A stretch of DNA of 32,000 nt. Source: Candidatus Methanoperedens sp. GTDB taxonomy: Archaea > Halobacteriota > Methanosarcinia > Methanosarcinales > Methanoperedenaceae. Positions 15,833-22,754 of the stretch are shown in pieces. A program made the translations under genes and the position numbers. The notes below the pieces were generated by a model that did not search any database, had not been told where the DNA came from, and saw only the letters and a list, made by a program, of their open reading frames with translations. The stretch lies in the NCBI GenBank assembly GCA_028715885.1, contig JAQUQX010000014.1, positions 6,038 through 38,037 of the forward strand, written 5' to 3'. Every line of letters begins with the position of its first letter. Position 1 is the first letter of the stretch.

Positions 15833-16582
15833 ATGGCCCGGCAAAAATTAGTGGAAGTTTCTGACTCGAAAGCAGGAGATGGTACAATGGGTGAAATTTA
15901 TTTTAAAAGGTTTACATTCAATCAGCTTGCACAGCACTGGATAATGATCGGGACGTTCATGCTGTTGGTAGTCAGCGGCATGCCTCTTAAATTCCCCGAC
16001 GCATGGTGGTCTCCTGTAATTATCAATTTCCTGGGCGGATTTGAAATGAGGACGCAGATACACCATGCAGCAGGCGTTGGAATGGTTCTTCTCGGGATAT
16101 ACCACGTTGTTTATCATGTTTTTGTTGATAAGGATTCACTGCTTGACAGGAAAGTTTGGCCGACATTGAAAGACGCCAAGGATTTCTGGCAGACAATATT
16201 TTATTACCTCGGAAAAGCCGAACACCCGAAATTCGGACGATATAGCTGGAAAGAAAAATTCGATTACTGGGGGGCATTCTGGGGAATGGTTATGTTGTGC
16301 ATAACTGGACTTATAATGCTGTTTCCCTTCAAGGCAATGGAATTAATTCCCTATGCATACGTGCATCTTGCAACCATTGTTCATACAGACGAGGCATTAC
16401 TTGCAACCCTGTTCATTTTCATAGTCCACTGGTGGAATGTTCATTATAGCCCAGAAGTATTTCCCATGTCAAAAGCATGGATAACGGGCACCCTGTCAGA
16501 GGAACAGATGAAGCACGAACATCCGCTTGAGTATGAAGAGATTATGAGGCAGATGCAGGAAAGGGACGAAAGGCTCTCTTGA
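15833..16582 (+). CDS. diheme cytochrome b-type membrane subunit (FdnI/HydC/PhsC-like)
   Basis: The track ORF is trimmed to ATG 15833, which lies 1 nt after the upstream stop with GGAG at 15821. Four or more TM helices carry conserved His residues (QHWIMIG, HHAAGVGMVLLGIYHVVYH, HTDEALLATLFIFIVHWWNVH). These fit b-heme ligation in the formate dehydrogenase gamma / Ni-Fe hydrogenase cytochrome b family. Confidence 0.75.
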   Translation: MARQKLVEVSDSKAGDGTMGEIYFKRFTFNQLAQHWIMIGTFMLLVVSGMPLKFPDAWWSPVIINFLGGFEMRTQIHHAAGVGMVLLGIYHVVYHVFVDKDSLLDRKVWPTLKDAKDFWQTIFYYLGKAEHPKFGRYSWKEKFDYWGAFWGMVMLCITGLIMLFPFKAMELIPYAYVHLATIVHTDEALLATLFIFIVHWWNVHYSPEVFPMSKAWITGTLSEEQMKHEHPLEYEEIMRQMQERDERLS

Positions 16583-16594
16583 TTGGGGTGGGTA

Positions 16595-16618
16595 TTTTTT
16601 TTATTGATATCTCTTTTT
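16595..16618 (+). terminator. oligo-T tracts (T8 and T5) just after the cytochrome b stop; archaeal-type terminator candidate
   Basis: A T8 run lies at 16595..16602, 13 nt after the TGA at 16580..16582. A T5 run lies at 16614..16618. Archaeal RNA polymerase terminates at oligo-T. Confidence 0.5.
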
Positions 16619-16761
16619 ATTTACCACCAAGACGTCGAGGCATGGAGAGTTTTTTAAATAGCTCTGTGGTATGAAACTATGATGAGCCTTAGGGACACAC
16701 ATAAAGTATGAAAAACCGTAAGCTTGAACATATAGGTTTAAGTTTTTCATTGGAAAAAATC

Positions 16762-16836
16762 AACAACTAACTCGTACGAACTCATGCTGCCGGTGTTCAT
16801 ATTAGTTCGTTGTTATCTATGAACCACAGTTCATAG
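16762..16836. repeat. two adjacent hairpin-forming inverted repeats in the convergent spacer between the two cytochrome operons
   Basis: An imperfect 20-bp inverted repeat (16762..16781 with 16795..16814) matches at 16 of 20 positions. It is followed by a perfect 8-bp stem CTATGAAC-CACA-GTTCATAG (16817..16836). Confidence 0.5.
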
Positions 16837-16938
16837 CCGACTCTGTGCGTATAACCTCTGCGTGATACTTTTCCCTGATTTCTCTCGTTAGCTATTGCCA
16901 GCGGCAGGCAATATCATGAGAGGGAAATTAAGGGGAGA

Positions 16939-18045
16939 TTACTTTCCTTTTTTCCCGCTTGCTACGCCTGTGGCATGGCAGTCCGAGCAGAACGCAGGCT
17001 GGTGGCAGTCGCTGCATATCTTGCCTATTAGAACCTGTGTCTTATGCGTTTTCAACCAGTCACTGGGGTGTTCCTGACTGTGACAGGTTTCGCATAGATT
17101 CTCCTTTATCTGCGGAGTATGCTTTACATTGGAGTGACAGTTGTAACATGCAATCTTATTATTAGTGACGTGGTTTTTATGCACGAAACTGAAGTCATCG
17201 TATTTTTCAACCCTTTCCCTGATATTATGACATGAATAGCATTTCTCCTTAGGTACAATATCATTTGCACCGGTTGATATGTTGATATGGCATGTCATGC
17301 ATTCAGCCCCGCGGCTAATATGACTTGAATGATTGAAGTTTGTATAATTTTTATGTGTTTGCTTTGGCGGACCGTGACAGGACGGGCAGCCGGATATTGA
17401 GGTATTGCCAGGCACATTTCTGAAGTGACAGGTGAAACATGATGATGTAGTTACCACTAGATGTCCTTCATCCCTCTTGGCGAATGCCGGATGGCACTGG
17501 TTGCATGAAGGGTCAGAAACGGACTGGTGCTCTTTCATGCCGATAACAAGCATAGAATGGCAGCTTGTGCATGTTAATCCGATTCCCCTCTTGGGTTGAA
17601 GCAAATGGTTTTTGTGACTGAAATTGACTCCAATATAACCAACATCTGAAGAGAATATGCGCTTTTCATGGCAGATAAGACAGTTATTATCCATGACTTT
17701 TGCATATAGTTTCCCCGAATATTCTTCTACTGTGGTTTCATAACTGTAAAATTGCATGAGCCCGTTAATCTTGCCTTTTATATGACCTATCAAACCCGGT
17801 TCGTAATGGCATTCAACGCATCGGACATCATTATGGGAAGACGTTCGCCATGAGTCATAATATGGTCTCATTATATGGCAATTTTTCCCGCAGAATGCAG
17901 GATTCTCAGTTATGTCAAGCATCTTTTCAGTGACAACCAATGCTGCAGAAAGCATGACAATCAATACTATTATAATCGGAAGCTTATGCGCTGAAATCCA
18001 GTTCTTAACAGCAGTCGTAAGTGATATCTTTTCCATAGACTTCAC
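16939..18045 (-). CDS. NapC/NirT-type membrane-anchored multiheme cytochrome, extended (12 CxxCH + 1 Cx3CH)
   Basis: 368 aa (GTG 18045; an alternative ATG at 18036). An N-terminal TM helix is followed by TENPAFCGKNCHIMRPYYDSWRTSSH and then CVECH. This resembles the NapC/NirT/CymA quinol-dehydrogenase N-terminal module (FCxSCHxM...S.H). Eleven further CxxCH motifs follow. It abuts the upstream cytochrome gene with no gap. Confidence 0.88.
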   Translation of the reverse strand: MKSMEKISLTTAVKNWISAHKLPIIIVLIVMLSAALVVTEKMLDITENPAFCGKNCHIMRPYYDSWRTSSHNDVRCVECHYEPGLIGHIKGKINGLMQFYSYETTVEEYSGKLYAKVMDNNCLICHEKRIFSSDVGYIGVNFSHKNHLLQPKRGIGLTCTSCHSMLVIGMKEHQSVSDPSCNQCHPAFAKRDEGHLVVTTSSCFTCHFRNVPGNTSISGCPSCHGPPKQTHKNYTNFNHSSHISRGAECMTCHINISTGANDIVPKEKCYSCHNIRERVEKYDDFSFVHKNHVTNNKIACYNCHSNVKHTPQIKENLCETCHSQEHPSDWLKTHKTQVLIGKICSDCHQPAFCSDCHATGVASGKKGK

Positions 18046-19020
18046 TCACCGTTTTCTTATTAAGTACAATATCGCAAAAATTCCCAGAATTAATGCCATT
18101 CCAATGGCTGGCGTACGCGGCGGCACCGTAGGTTCAACTCCGGACACCCTGTATTCGGCTTTCTTAGCCAAATCAATCCCGTTCTGGATTTGTTTGTTAA
18201 AATCCTTCAGGTTAAACCCGTGCCATAACGAAGGAATATCATTCATGACTGCCTGTGCCTTATCCAGGTCAGCCTGGGCGGTGGAGACGTCCATGCCTTT
18301 CGCTTTTGCCCCGGCAACGGCATCTTTAGCTTTTAAGAATTCTTCCTGGAATTCTTTTTGCATTTCAAGCGCCTGTTTTGCATCATTTGGGACGCTTGCC
18401 GCAGCAATCTGGTCGTTTGGATTATGGCAAACACTGCACAGGTTAGTTAGTTCGGATGCTTTGAGCACCTTAAAAGTGTGAGGTTTATGACATGTAATGC
18501 ATGATGGGGCACGGGATTCGGCTTTCATTCTCTGGTAGTGCATTGTATTCTTGAAATGCTCAAGTTCATCTGAATGACATTTTCCGCAGGTATCGGGTAT
18601 GTTTTTGAAATAAATGGTGCTGTTGGGGTCATTTACACCCTTCATCACGGCATGAGCCCCTTGTTCTGTTTTTACATTCGGGTCCCCGCTATGGCATGAG
18701 TCGCAGGTGACATAATATTTTGAATGAATCGAATCAGACCACTGCTGGAAGTTATTAGTAGCTCTTTTCCTGATGACATCTTCATGACATTCCAGTGAAC
18801 AGGATATATTTCTTTCAGTGTGATTCAATCTTATTTCATTAAAACGGCTCTGCTCATCCGTAAAAGGAGATAATGTCTTGTGGCAGTCCACACATGAATT
18901 ATTAAGAGCGTCTAAATGCACCGCTCCTGCTGGCGCAATAAACATGATAAAATATACAATTAATATCGGTACAATTCTCAAATCGAACATAATGTGCAGT
19001 TTTTTAGTTTTTGGCGTCAT
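18046..19020 (-). CDS. multiheme c-type cytochrome (5 CxxCH + CSLECH) with a helical C-terminal domain and a C-terminal TM anchor
   Basis: 324 aa. Signal peptide. Heme motifs are CVDCH, CSLECH, CDSCH, CGKCH, CITCH and CSVCH. The C-terminus is PPRTPAIGMALILGIFAILYLIRKR. It is a paralog of 21624..22583, at roughly half identity over the heme domain by eye. Confidence 0.9.
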   Translation of the reverse strand: MTPKTKKLHIMFDLRIVPILIVYFIMFIAPAGAVHLDALNNSCVDCHKTLSPFTDEQSRFNEIRLNHTERNISCSLECHEDVIRKRATNNFQQWSDSIHSKYYVTCDSCHSGDPNVKTEQGAHAVMKGVNDPNSTIYFKNIPDTCGKCHSDELEHFKNTMHYQRMKAESRAPSCITCHKPHTFKVLKASELTNLCSVCHNPNDQIAAASVPNDAKQALEMQKEFQEEFLKAKDAVAGAKAKGMDVSTAQADLDKAQAVMNDIPSLWHGFNLKDFNKQIQNGIDLAKKAEYRVSGVEPTVPPRTPAIGMALILGIFAILYLIRKR

Positions 19021-19074
19021 TTCTCGTTTTCACCGTGTTTATAATTCGAATCATCAATATTTCAACGCAGAACA

Positions 19075-19086
19075 CCTATCCGTTTT
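19075..19086 (-). promoter_or_regulatory. AAAACGGATAGG box (minus-strand sense) upstream of cytochrome gene 18046..19020
   Basis: The reverse complement of CCTATCCGTTTT at 19075..19086 is identical to the 12-mer at 14824..14835. It is in the same orientation relative to its downstream gene and 55 nt upstream of ATG 19020. Confidence 0.4.
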
Positions 19087-19137
19087 TTATTCTGCCTTTG
19101 GGGGTCAATTTGATGAGTTGATACAATAAATAGCTTA

Positions 19138-20322
19138 CTATTTATCCGGATTTCGCTCGGGTTCTTCTTCCATGTCCTTCCATGGCGGAAGGATATACGT
19201 TACAACTATCAGGATAATAAACGGAATAGTCAATATCACAATCGCGGGCAAGACGCCTTCTTTGCTAAAGAAAACCGGGACGTATGTAAGCGTTCCACTA
19301 AGGCTCTTGGATATCTCCTGTCCTCCGATTACCACATTCCACCGCATTGCGAAAACGCCGATTAGAACAAAAACAGATGAGATTGATATCATAATCATTT
19401 TGAGGGTTTCACGGTTCTTTATCATGCCTACCAGGAGGAGTAGCACGAACGGGATGAAGATACCCATTGTCAATTGCACTCCGTAAAAGGTTGTAGCGAT
19501 TTTATCCGAAAGCAGCCTGTTTATTATCTCGATTTCCTCAAGCGATTCGTATTTCATGCTGATAATCTCAAGCATTTCCAAGGTCACATCTAATATCAAG
19601 AAAATCCACAGATAATGCGCGAGTGAATGAAGACATTTGTGGTCGATGGCATGTTTCCGAAGCTTCATTGCAATAATATATAGTAAAATCAACAGTGCTA
19701 TGCCCGACACAATGGCAGACATAAGGAATATGAGGGGCATGAGGGGAGTTGACCACCATGGATTGGCTTTAATCCCGCCAAATATGAAACCTACATAGCC
19801 ATGCAGGAAAGCGGCTGACGGGATACCAATGATGGCAAGTCTCTTTGCGAGTTTTTCGTCATCGTGCAGCGCTTTTTCAGATATGTCATATGAAAAAAGT
19901 GCAAGTGCGGAATATAACAGTTCTTTCCATCCTCTGGAGTTAAGGGCATTTTTGACAATATCTTCCCTGAAAGACAGCCATATCTCAAGCACTACCACAA
20001 TCAAATAAAATGAATAAATATACCCGAATCCCGACATTGCAGAGGTTACATGGGGAGTAAACATGATTTCAATGCCGCGCTCCGGACGCCCGAGATGCGT
20101 GAGCAGAGGCATCGTAGCGACAAGCAGGAAAGATAAAGCGGTAAGAAGTGCAAATCTTGCCACCGGTTTAATTTCTTTTTTACCAAAAACATGATACAAC
20201 GATGATGCTATGAATGCCCCGGCTACAAGACCTGTGATATACGGGTATAATACAATCAGTATGCTCCATTGTATTTCAGCTTCATTGGGATACACATATC
20301 CCCAGATTAAATTCTCCATCAT
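19138..20322 (-). CDS. NrfD/PsrC-family integral membrane quinone-interacting subunit
   Basis: 394 aa with about 10 TM helices. The N-terminus WGYVYPNEAEIQWSILIVLYPYITGLVAGAF is typical of the NrfD/polysulfide reductase family. A 4-nt overlap with the FeS subunit gene. The stop is TAG immediately followed by TAA. Confidence 0.85.
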   Translation of the reverse strand: MMENLIWGYVYPNEAEIQWSILIVLYPYITGLVAGAFIASSLYHVFGKKEIKPVARFALLTALSFLLVATMPLLTHLGRPERGIEIMFTPHVTSAMSGFGYIYSFYLIVVVLEIWLSFREDIVKNALNSRGWKELLYSALALFSYDISEKALHDDEKLAKRLAIIGIPSAAFLHGYVGFIFGGIKANPWWSTPLMPLIFLMSAIVSGIALLILLYIIAMKLRKHAIDHKCLHSLAHYLWIFLILDVTLEMLEIISMKYESLEEIEIINRLLSDKIATTFYGVQLTMGIFIPFVLLLLVGMIKNRETLKMIMISISSVFVLIGVFAMRWNVVIGGQEISKSLSGTLTYVPVFFSKEGVLPAIVILTIPFIILIVVTYILPPWKDMEEEPERNPDK

Positions 20323-21089
20323 CGCACTTCCCTGTCCAATCCGACATAGTACACCTTGGGTTTCGTTCCAAGGTCGGGTTTCAGGACATTGATTCTCTCT
20401 TCATCCAGGATTTTATTGACCGCACTGTCAGGGTCTTTCAGGTCGCCGAATTTGCGCGCCCCCACAGGACATGCCTGGACGCATGCAGGCAAAAGACCTT
20501 TTGTAATCCTGTGGTAGCACCATGTACATTTGTCGGCAGTACGCTTTTCCGTGTTAAAATACCTCGCGCCGTAAGGGCAACCCTGGATGCAATACCGGCA
20601 TCCGATACAGTAATCATAATCTACAAGGACAACGCCGTCTTTTGTCTCATACGTAGCCCCGACCGGACAAACCTGGACGCATGGCGGATTATCGCAATGA
20701 TTGCATATTTTAGGGACGTAGAAAGCTTTTTTGATATCCTCAGCCGGGATGTCATCGGTAAACCCATCGATGCTTCCGTTGGGTGAATCTATTTTCACTT
20801 CCCCACCTCTAAGTACCCTGTATCTTTCAACCCATGTCCTGTAAACCGGTTCGTCAAAAGGAACTTTGTTTTCAAGCTTGCAGGCATTTGCGCATCTTCC
20901 GCACCCGATGCATTTTTTGGTATCAACCACAAAACCCCAGTAATGTTCATTCCAGTCGTATTCACCTTTTGGAGATTCCCCTGCCGCGCTGCCGTTTGTG
21001 ACGAGGGACTCGATAACAGCAGTGCCTGCCGCCGCTCCGATAATGACCCTGCATCCGATTTTAGTGAATTCGCGCCTCGATATTTCCAT
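20319..21089 (-). CDS. TAT-exported 4x[4Fe-4S] ferredoxin subunit (NrfC/PsrB/HybA/ActB-like)
   Basis: 256 aa. A twin-arginine signal, MEISRREFTKIG. Four Cys clusters: CIGCGRCANAC, CNHCDNPPCVQVCP, CIGCRYCIQGCP and CTWC...CVQACP. Confidence 0.88.
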   Translation of the reverse strand: MEISRREFTKIGCRVIIGAAAGTAVIESLVTNGSAAGESPKGEYDWNEHYWGFVVDTKKCIGCGRCANACKLENKVPFDEPVYRTWVERYRVLRGGEVKIDSPNGSIDGFTDDIPAEDIKKAFYVPKICNHCDNPPCVQVCPVGATYETKDGVVLVDYDYCIGCRYCIQGCPYGARYFNTEKRTADKCTWCYHRITKGLLPACVQACPVGARKFGDLKDPDSAVNKILDEERINVLKPDLGTKPKVYYVGLDREVR

Positions 21090-21101
21090 GTTCTCTCTCC
21101 G

Positions 21102-21551
21102 TTATATGAACCACGGCTTATGCGGGTTATGACAGTAAGTGCATTTCAGGTTTTCACCGTGCGTTTCAGGGTCTATCTGCGGGAAATTCGCAGGTCTGGC
21201 TGCCCGTTTGAAATGGCATAAACCGCAATAGTCTCTCGAATCGTTTGCTGGCGGCGGCATTATCCTTACATTGCCCACATGTTCTTCGGAAGGACCATGA
21301 CACGTTTCACAGTTTACGGTTTTATGCCTGTCCTTTGCCCATACTGAATATATGGTTTTGTGACAGTTCTCTTCACCGCAGGCTGCCGACCCTGCATATT
21401 CTACCTGGAAGTTTTTAATTTCATTGACAGAGTCGCCCCTGTACCATCCATATTGCCCGAAAGATTGCGGGACAACTAACGACCGTACGAAAATAAAAGC
21501 AATTATCACAAGCGCCAGTAACGTAAATGCTCGTTTCAGGTGTGGCTGCAT
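21102..21551 (-). CDS. small membrane-anchored tetraheme cytochrome (3 CxxCH + 1 Cx4CH), c3/ActA-like
   Basis: The track ORF starts at ATG 21593. ATG 21551 is preferred because GGTGAG lies 6 nt upstream and it yields MQPHLKRAFTLLALVIIAFIFV, an N-terminal anchor. Heme motifs are CGEENCH, CETCH, CGLCH and CTYCH. Confidence 0.85.
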   Translation of the reverse strand: MQPHLKRAFTLLALVIIAFIFVRSLVVPQSFGQYGWYRGDSVNEIKNFQVEYAGSAACGEENCHKTIYSVWAKDRHKTVNCETCHGPSEEHVGNVRIMPPPANDSRDYCGLCHFKRAARPANFPQIDPETHGENLKCTYCHNPHKPWFI

Positions 21552-21623
21552 TATTTTCTCACCATTTAATAATAGAGGTTCTCTCCCGTTCATAAATCGT
21601 TTTTGCCATTGCTTTATAGTCCT

Positions 21624-22583
21624 CTATTTCTTTCTTATAAGATACATTACAGCCAGCAGTGAAATTATTCCTGTCAAGCCAACAAATCCAGGTGTTTTAG
21701 GAACCGATGTCCTGGTTGGTGTGTGGGATGGTTTTACCATCTCTTCTGCTTTCTTGACTTCCTTGCTGGCTGAATCTATTTCATCCCCGAAATGCGTGAG
21801 ATTGAATTCATGCCACATAGGCGCAAGACCGCCCAATGTTTTTAGCGCATTATCCGTGTACGCTTCAGCCTGCGTTACATCTGTTCCGTTCTTCTTAGCC
21901 CAGAAAATATCCTGCCTTGCCATTTCGATATTGAATTTCAATTTATTTACTTTCATGAGCATATCCTCCGCCTTGAGAGGGATGTCGTACGGTGCTACTT
22001 TTTTATACACTGAATGGCAGTTTCCGCAGACTGTCCTGAAATCCTCGGGATTCATGACCGTGAACGTATGCGGTACATGGCAGGTTGTGCATGTCGGCGC
22101 AAGTTTCAGGGCTTCAAGCCTCTTGAAATGCGTGCTGTTTTCAAAATTAGCAAGTTCCCCTGAATGACATTTTCCACACGTTTTTGGGACATTAGTATAA
22201 TAGACCGGGCTTTCAGGGTCGGTATTATTCCTGAAGTTTTTATGCGCCTTCTCTTTGGTGGCTTGTGCGGGGTCTCCTCCGTGGCAGGCTTCGCAAGTAA
22301 CTCCTTTCAGGGCATGGAGTGATTCAGACCACTGCTGGTAATTTGCAGTGGCAAGCGATCTGACTCTCTCTTCATGGCATTCAAGAGAACATGTAACCTG
22401 TCTTTCAAGGTGCTGGATTCTAATCTGGTTAAACTTCTTTTGCTCTTCAATAAAAGGAGTTAATGTCTTATGGCAATCTATACAGGAATTTTCAGAAGCA
22501 TTCGCCTGCGGGATTAAAAATAAGACAAATCCTGCTAATAATAAGGATGTTATTAATATTTTATTAAATGATTCCACTCGCAT
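21624..22583 (-). CDS. multiheme c-type cytochrome (5 CxxCH + CSLECH) with a PGF-CTERM-like C-terminal sorting signal
   Basis: The track start is GTG 22607. ATG 22583 gives the signal peptide MRVESFNKILITSLLLAGFVLFLIPQANA. Heme motifs are CIDCH, CSLECH, CEACH, CGKCH, CTTCH and CGNCH. The C-terminus is PTRTSVPKTPGFVGLTGIISLLAVMYLIRKK. The stop is TAG. Confidence 0.88.
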   Translation of the reverse strand: MRVESFNKILITSLLLAGFVLFLIPQANASENSCIDCHKTLTPFIEEQKKFNQIRIQHLERQVTCSLECHEERVRSLATANYQQWSESLHALKGVTCEACHGGDPAQATKEKAHKNFRNNTDPESPVYYTNVPKTCGKCHSGELANFENSTHFKRLEALKLAPTCTTCHVPHTFTVMNPEDFRTVCGNCHSVYKKVAPYDIPLKAEDMLMKVNKLKFNIEMARQDIFWAKKNGTDVTQAEAYTDNALKTLGGLAPMWHEFNLTHFGDEIDSASKEVKKAEEMVKPSHTPTRTSVPKTPGFVGLTGIISLLAVMYLIRKK

Positions 22584-22593
22584 TTTATTCAAA

Positions 22594-22648
22594 CCTTCCG
22601 TTTTCACACATACGTTTTTACCTTCTATCGTTTTAAACCTATCGTTTT
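22594..22648 (-). promoter_or_regulatory. four phased AAAACG boxes upstream of the minus-strand cytochrome operon
   Basis: In minus-strand sense the boxes are AAAACGATAGG (22648..22638), AAAACGATAGAAGG (22634..22621), AAAACGTATG (22618..22609) and AAAACGGAAGG (22604..22594). Spacing is 14/16/14 nt. They are followed directly by TTTGAATAA (22593..22585) and ATG (22583). A TATA-like TTATATAC lies at 22683..22676. Confidence 0.45.
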
Positions 22649-22754
22649 TTAATTACCTTTTGAACTATTATTTTGTATATAAGCTTTTGGTTTTGTAGAT
22701 ATTGTCAATTTGGGGGGATATATTTAACTATCTTCTCCACCATATAATATCCTG

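Noticed and set aside
16678-16684. C-box-like ATGATGA in the spacer between the cytochrome operons; possible C/D-box sRNA
   Set aside because: No CTGA D or D' box lies within the next ~60 nt. The nearest CTGA is about 190 nt away, and there is no terminal stem.
18047-18055. A further AAAACGGTG match (minus-strand sense) immediately upstream of the 13-heme gene
   Set aside because: It falls within the codons for the C-terminal RKR-stop of the preceding cytochrome. It is explained by coding constraints, so I did not count it as a regulatory box.
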